This document shows positions 60,630-64,000 of a stretch of DNA of 64,000 nucleotides, piece after piece. The position numbers were made by a program, and so were the translations under genes. The stretch is from contig CAVTRC010000001.1 of the NCBI GenBank assembly GCA_963737065.1, positions 2,208,001 to 2,272,000 on the forward strand. The letters run 5' to 3'. Origin of the DNA: Candidatus Eremiobacteria bacterium. Its GTDB lineage: Bacteria; Vulcanimicrobiota; Vulcanimicrobiia; Vulcanimicrobiales; Vulcanimicrobiaceae. The notes beneath the pieces were generated by a model, which did not search any database, was not told the DNA's origin, and was given only the letters and a program-made list of their open reading frames with translations. Each line of letters starts with the position of its first letter. Positions within the stretch are counted from its first letter, which is position 1.

Positions 60630-61526
60630 ATGAGCGTCCTTTCGATCGTTCTGGTCGCTGCTGGCGTTGCTCGCCATCGTGTACATCGTTATATGGGTGC
60701 GCGAGATGCCGAACGCCGGCGGGTTCTCGTTTCCCGGTGCGGGACGGCTCGGCATCGGGTTTCTCACCGATTTCCTCGACACGCTCGGCATCGGATCGTT
60801 CGCGCCGACGACGTCTCTCTTCAAGTTTTTCAAGCTCGTGCCGGACGAAAAAATTCCCGGCACGCTGAACGCCGGTCACGCGTTGCCGACGATTGCGGAA
60901 GCGCTCGCGTTGACACGACGGTCATCGGCGTCGATCCGCTAACGATGATGGCGTTGATTATTGCTTCCGTCGTGGGGGCGTGGCTTGGCGCCGGACTGGT
61001 TGCGCGCTGGCCTCGTCGCTACGTGCAGGTCGGGATGGGCGGCGCGCTGACGGCCGCGGCGCTGCTCTTCATCATGGAGAATCTCAAACTCGTCCCGGCG
61101 GCGGAACAGCGCTCGGCTTGACGGGCGGATTGCTCGTTCTCGCCATCGTCATCAACTTTTGTCTGGGTGCGCTCATGACGATCGGCATCGGATCTTTACG
61201 CGCCGTGCTTGATCATGATCAGCCTCCTCGGGATGGATCCGAGCGCAGCGTTTCCGATCATGATGGGCTCATGCGCGTTCCTTATGCCGCCGGCGAGCAT
61301 CCGGTTCATCAGCTTCAATGCCTACGAGCTGAAAGCGGCGCTCGGACTGACACTCGGCGGTATTCCGGGCGTACTCGTGGCGGCGTTCATCGTGAAGTCA
61401 CTGCCGCTCAAGCGCGTGCGCTGGCTCGTCGTCGTAGTGGTCGTCTACGCTGCGTTCACCATGTTGCGCTCGGCGCTTGCGGAACGCCGCGCGATTCCGG
61501 GAGAAGCCGCCGAAGTTCACGGCTAG
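60630..61526 (+). CDS. TSUP (TauE/SafE) family transporter (several apparent frameshifts)
   Basis: DFLDTLGIGSFAPTT, IPGTLN.GH, LGALMTIGIG, AFPIMMGSCAFL spread across frames. Confidence 0.82.
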
Positions 61527-61579
61527 TCGAGGCCGAAAAAATCGCTCGTTTGATTCGTAGAGCGATTGATGTTTTCGCG

Positions 61580-62377
61580 ATGATACTTGCCGCGCAGATC
61601 GCGGCATCTTCAATTGCCGCGCCGGTCGATGCGCATGAACTATATGTCGCTGCGATTCGCGCAATGAGCGATTTGCGGCAACCCTCATATGTTACATATC
61701 GATTGGTCGGCCAGAGCGACGGCATGAAGGTCGGACTCATCGTGATGGGCGGAAATCTGTGGCTCGCCATGGGCGGCGGTGATGCGCCGTCCGATTGGTC
61801 CGTGGAGCATCGCACGTTCGACTACAAGAGCATCGTTAGCGATGCGACCACCGGAAAGCAATACACGACGGCACGTTCCTTTTTCGATCCGACGTGGTAC
61901 GGAACCGAACGCGCGCTGCGTTTAGGGATGTTGAATTCCCAAGATCCAGCCGCGGCTCATCACACCGAGAACGATCCGACGCCGCCGCCCGGACCGTCGC
62001 TTCGCACGATCGCCGTCACGACGGTCATGAGTCCGGCGCTGTACAACGTCGAGGATCGCGGACCAACGCAATGTGCGAACGGCGATGCCGGGCGAGCGCT
62101 GCACGTGTGGTCGCGCGCGCATAACGTGATGCATCAGCTTTCCGACGTGACGGTCGACCTCACATCGATGCGCTTCTGCATGATGCGTTACTCCATTGCG
62201 GACACATTCGGCTATCACGGCATCGTCGAGCAGCATTTCGCAAACGTCGGCGGTTACTGGATGCAAACCGACGGACTGCTCGACGGCACGCTGCGGTTCA
62301 TGGGGTTCGCAACGCACCACGGCGTCTGGCGCTACCGCTTCACGGATATGCGGTTTCCTTCGCAACTATCGATTTAG
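61580..62377 (+). CDS. Hypothetical exported protein; start uncertain
   Basis: 3' part of ORF 60980-62377, with signal-like N-terminus and coding-like composition. Confidence 0.65.
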   Translation: MILAAQIAASSIAAPVDAHELYVAAIRAMSDLRQPSYVTYRLVGQSDGMKVGLIVMGGNLWLAMGGGDAPSDWSVEHRTFDYKSIVSDATTGKQYTTARSFFDPTWYGTERALRLGMLNSQDPAAAHHTENDPTPPPGPSLRTIAVTTVMSPALYNVEDRGPTQCANGDAGRALHVWSRAHNVMHQLSDVTVDLTSMRFCMMRYSIADTFGYHGIVEQHFANVGGYWMQTDGLLDGTLRFMGFATHHGVWRYRFTDMRFPSQLSI

Positions 62378-62631
62378 CGAACGACGAAACGCTGAGCAAT
62401 CGGCAATAGAATTGAAACAGCGATAAGTCCGATCAGCCACATGAACCGCTGATCGATCTGTGCAAAGCGTGCATCGGCTCGCGCAAATCGTTCGTCAATG
62501 CGTGCGAATCCGGCGTCCATTCGCGTCTCCAGGCTGCCGAGCCGCTGCTCCACGTTGCCGAGCCGATGGTTGATCTGCTCGTATCCACCCTCGAGGTGAG
62601 CCATCCGAACTTCAAGTGCTTGCGCGCTCAT
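62374..62631 (-). CDS. Coiled-coil protein with C-terminal TM helix
   Basis: Heptad repeats RL..VEQRL..LE.RM..IDERF..ID then WLIGLIAVSILL. Confidence 0.7.
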   Translation of the reverse strand: MSAQALEVRMAHLEGGYEQINHRLGNVEQRLGSLETRMDAGFARIDERFARADARFAQIDQRFMWLIGLIAVSILLPIAQRFVVR

Positions 62632-62698
62632 TACGCTAGATCTATCACGCGGCCGCCTCACGTATGCGCATCACCGCGCGTTATCCGAAACATGGGCT

Positions 62699-63009
62699 TC
62701 ATTTCGAGTCGGTCTCCGGCTCGTCATATGAGTCATGCCAGTTCCACCACTTGTATGGCTCGGTTTGGGGATAGCCTTCCGGCGAGTCTTCCCACAGCTC
62801 TTGACGTCCGAGCGGCGTGATATTGAGGTAGCTCCACGTGCGGCCCATCGCTTCATCGCCGCGGTTATTGATGAAGTAATCGCCAACCACGGCATGCGCC
62901 GCCGCTCCGCAGCCAATGCGTCACGCGCGCGGGCATGCGTTTTCTTTCACGGCAGCTGCTGCCGCGCAGCCTCCCATTGAGCGGCCGATACGACCGGAGC
63001 GGTTTTCAT
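62699..63009 (-). pseudogene. DUF899-family remnant with large internal deletion
   Basis: N-terminal PVVS..QW.AAR...RDALAAERRRMPW joined directly to C-terminal RGDE...YL.ITPLGRQE.WEDSPEGYPQT. Confidence 0.75.
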
Positions 63010-63037
63010 GTTGTGAGCAGCGCCGCCGCGATCTTTT

Positions 63038-63852
63038 TCACAGATACGTCAGCGCGTCCACATATTCCAGGTGAGGATTGAGACGGGCTAGCTCTCGCAA
63101 GAGATACTTGTGCCCGGCGCCCATGAGGACGACGACGCGGTCGCCCGGTTTAATCACGCTCAGAATGTTTGAAAAAATGTAACAGTTTCGCGCATACCAT
63201 TGCGCAACATACGCGCTCCCTGCGTAATCCGCGCTGCGTCCCATGCCGTCCATCACACTATACCATCCGGCGTTGGCTCGGATCCAATCCTCACCGTTGA
63301 GGTAACGTAACAAATCGAGATACGTGCCCGTTCGCTCCAAGGCATCTCCGCGTTTGTTTGCCTCATCGCTTGCGGGATCATCGACCTTCAAGAAATTCTT
63401 ATTCAGAAACGCGTAGATGCGCTTTCCGCTTGGCGGTGTTGTCGTCGATCAGGGTGGGACCGAACGTATCGATCGGATAAATCGTGTCGTTGCCGGAACG
63501 CGCGGCGAGTTTGAATCCGAACTGATACACTTCATCTGCACCGAGCTTGAATTGCCCGTCACGATATAACCGGTATCGTTCGGGATATTCCTTGTCCCCC
63601 ATCTGCTACTTCGACGAGCACTTTCGTGGGCTGGAAGCGTGCGAGGTGAGTCGATGACCTCGTCGACCTGGGCCTGACGCTTCGGCGAAAGCGGACTGTC
63701 GACGAACACGCTATTGTGAATATCGTGGCGAGCGACTAAATGCGCAACACCAACGATCATGATTTGTGCGCGATTGCCGGCGGCCACGCAGGCGCTACGC
63801 CCGCGGCGAGCAGACACACGAAAAGACAGGCGGTAGAAAACAGCTTCGGCAT
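63038..63852 (-). CDS. DUF5694-like protein (several apparent frameshifts)
   Basis: IMIVGVAH, SPKRQAQ, EVYQFGFKLA, WYARN..IFSN, GAGH across three ORFs. Confidence 0.65.
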
Positions 63853-63879
63853 TTTACCCCCGGTGCGCGATATCCAGCG

Positions 63880-64000
63880 TCATGCGTAAAGATCGCGGCG
63901 CGTCATCGGAATGTCGACGTGCCCGTTGACGTCGGGCTTCGCAAGCAAGGATTGAAACACCGCGATGTTGCCCGCCTCGAAGTTGACCGCACTTGCGGCC
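63880..64000 (-). CDS. C-terminus of a cyclopropane-fatty-acid synthase-like methyltransferase (truncated by window)
   Basis: AASAVNFEAGNIAVFQSLLAKP...PMTRRDLYA*. Confidence 0.65.
   Translation of the reverse strand, partial: AASAVNFEAGNIAVFQSLLAKPDVNGHVDIPMTRRDLYA

Overview
A GC-rich, gene-dense bacterial chromosome segment with about 75 CDSs. It contains no rRNA, tRNA, CRISPR array, transposase or prophage gene that I can see. Codon style and gene mix resemble soil Terrabacteria such as Eremiobacterota/Vulcanimicrobiota, which is a weak inference. Recognisable content: hemL, NDH-2, an Mrp/ApbC Fe-S carrier, a PatB-like lyase, AlkA, pirin, an ABC-2 exporter whose three genes are interleaved with unrelated genes, and two histone-H1-like basic proteins. 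It also carries Lhr helicase + PdeM-like phosphoesterase with a separate ATP-dependent ligase and MBL nuclease, a PaaX-controlled BoxB-type aromatic-CoA epoxidase cluster without BoxA, a VapBC pair, and a cysK-asparaginase-metH-TSUP operon. Many CDSs, mostly beyond 47 kb, have small indels that look like long-read errors. The most unusual signal is non-coding. A ~105-nt structured core occurs three times (24.1, 28.5, 35.1 kb) with covarying stems and GGA-type hairpin loops, and each copy sits inside its own locus-specific long inverted arms. A separate REP-like 75-bp tandem array has dispersed relatives, one of them inside metH. Coding DNA flanking these repeats shows a strand-specific A+C skew at synonymous sites regardless of gene orientation. 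Two divergent gene pairs appear to share a CATG so that their start codons overlap.
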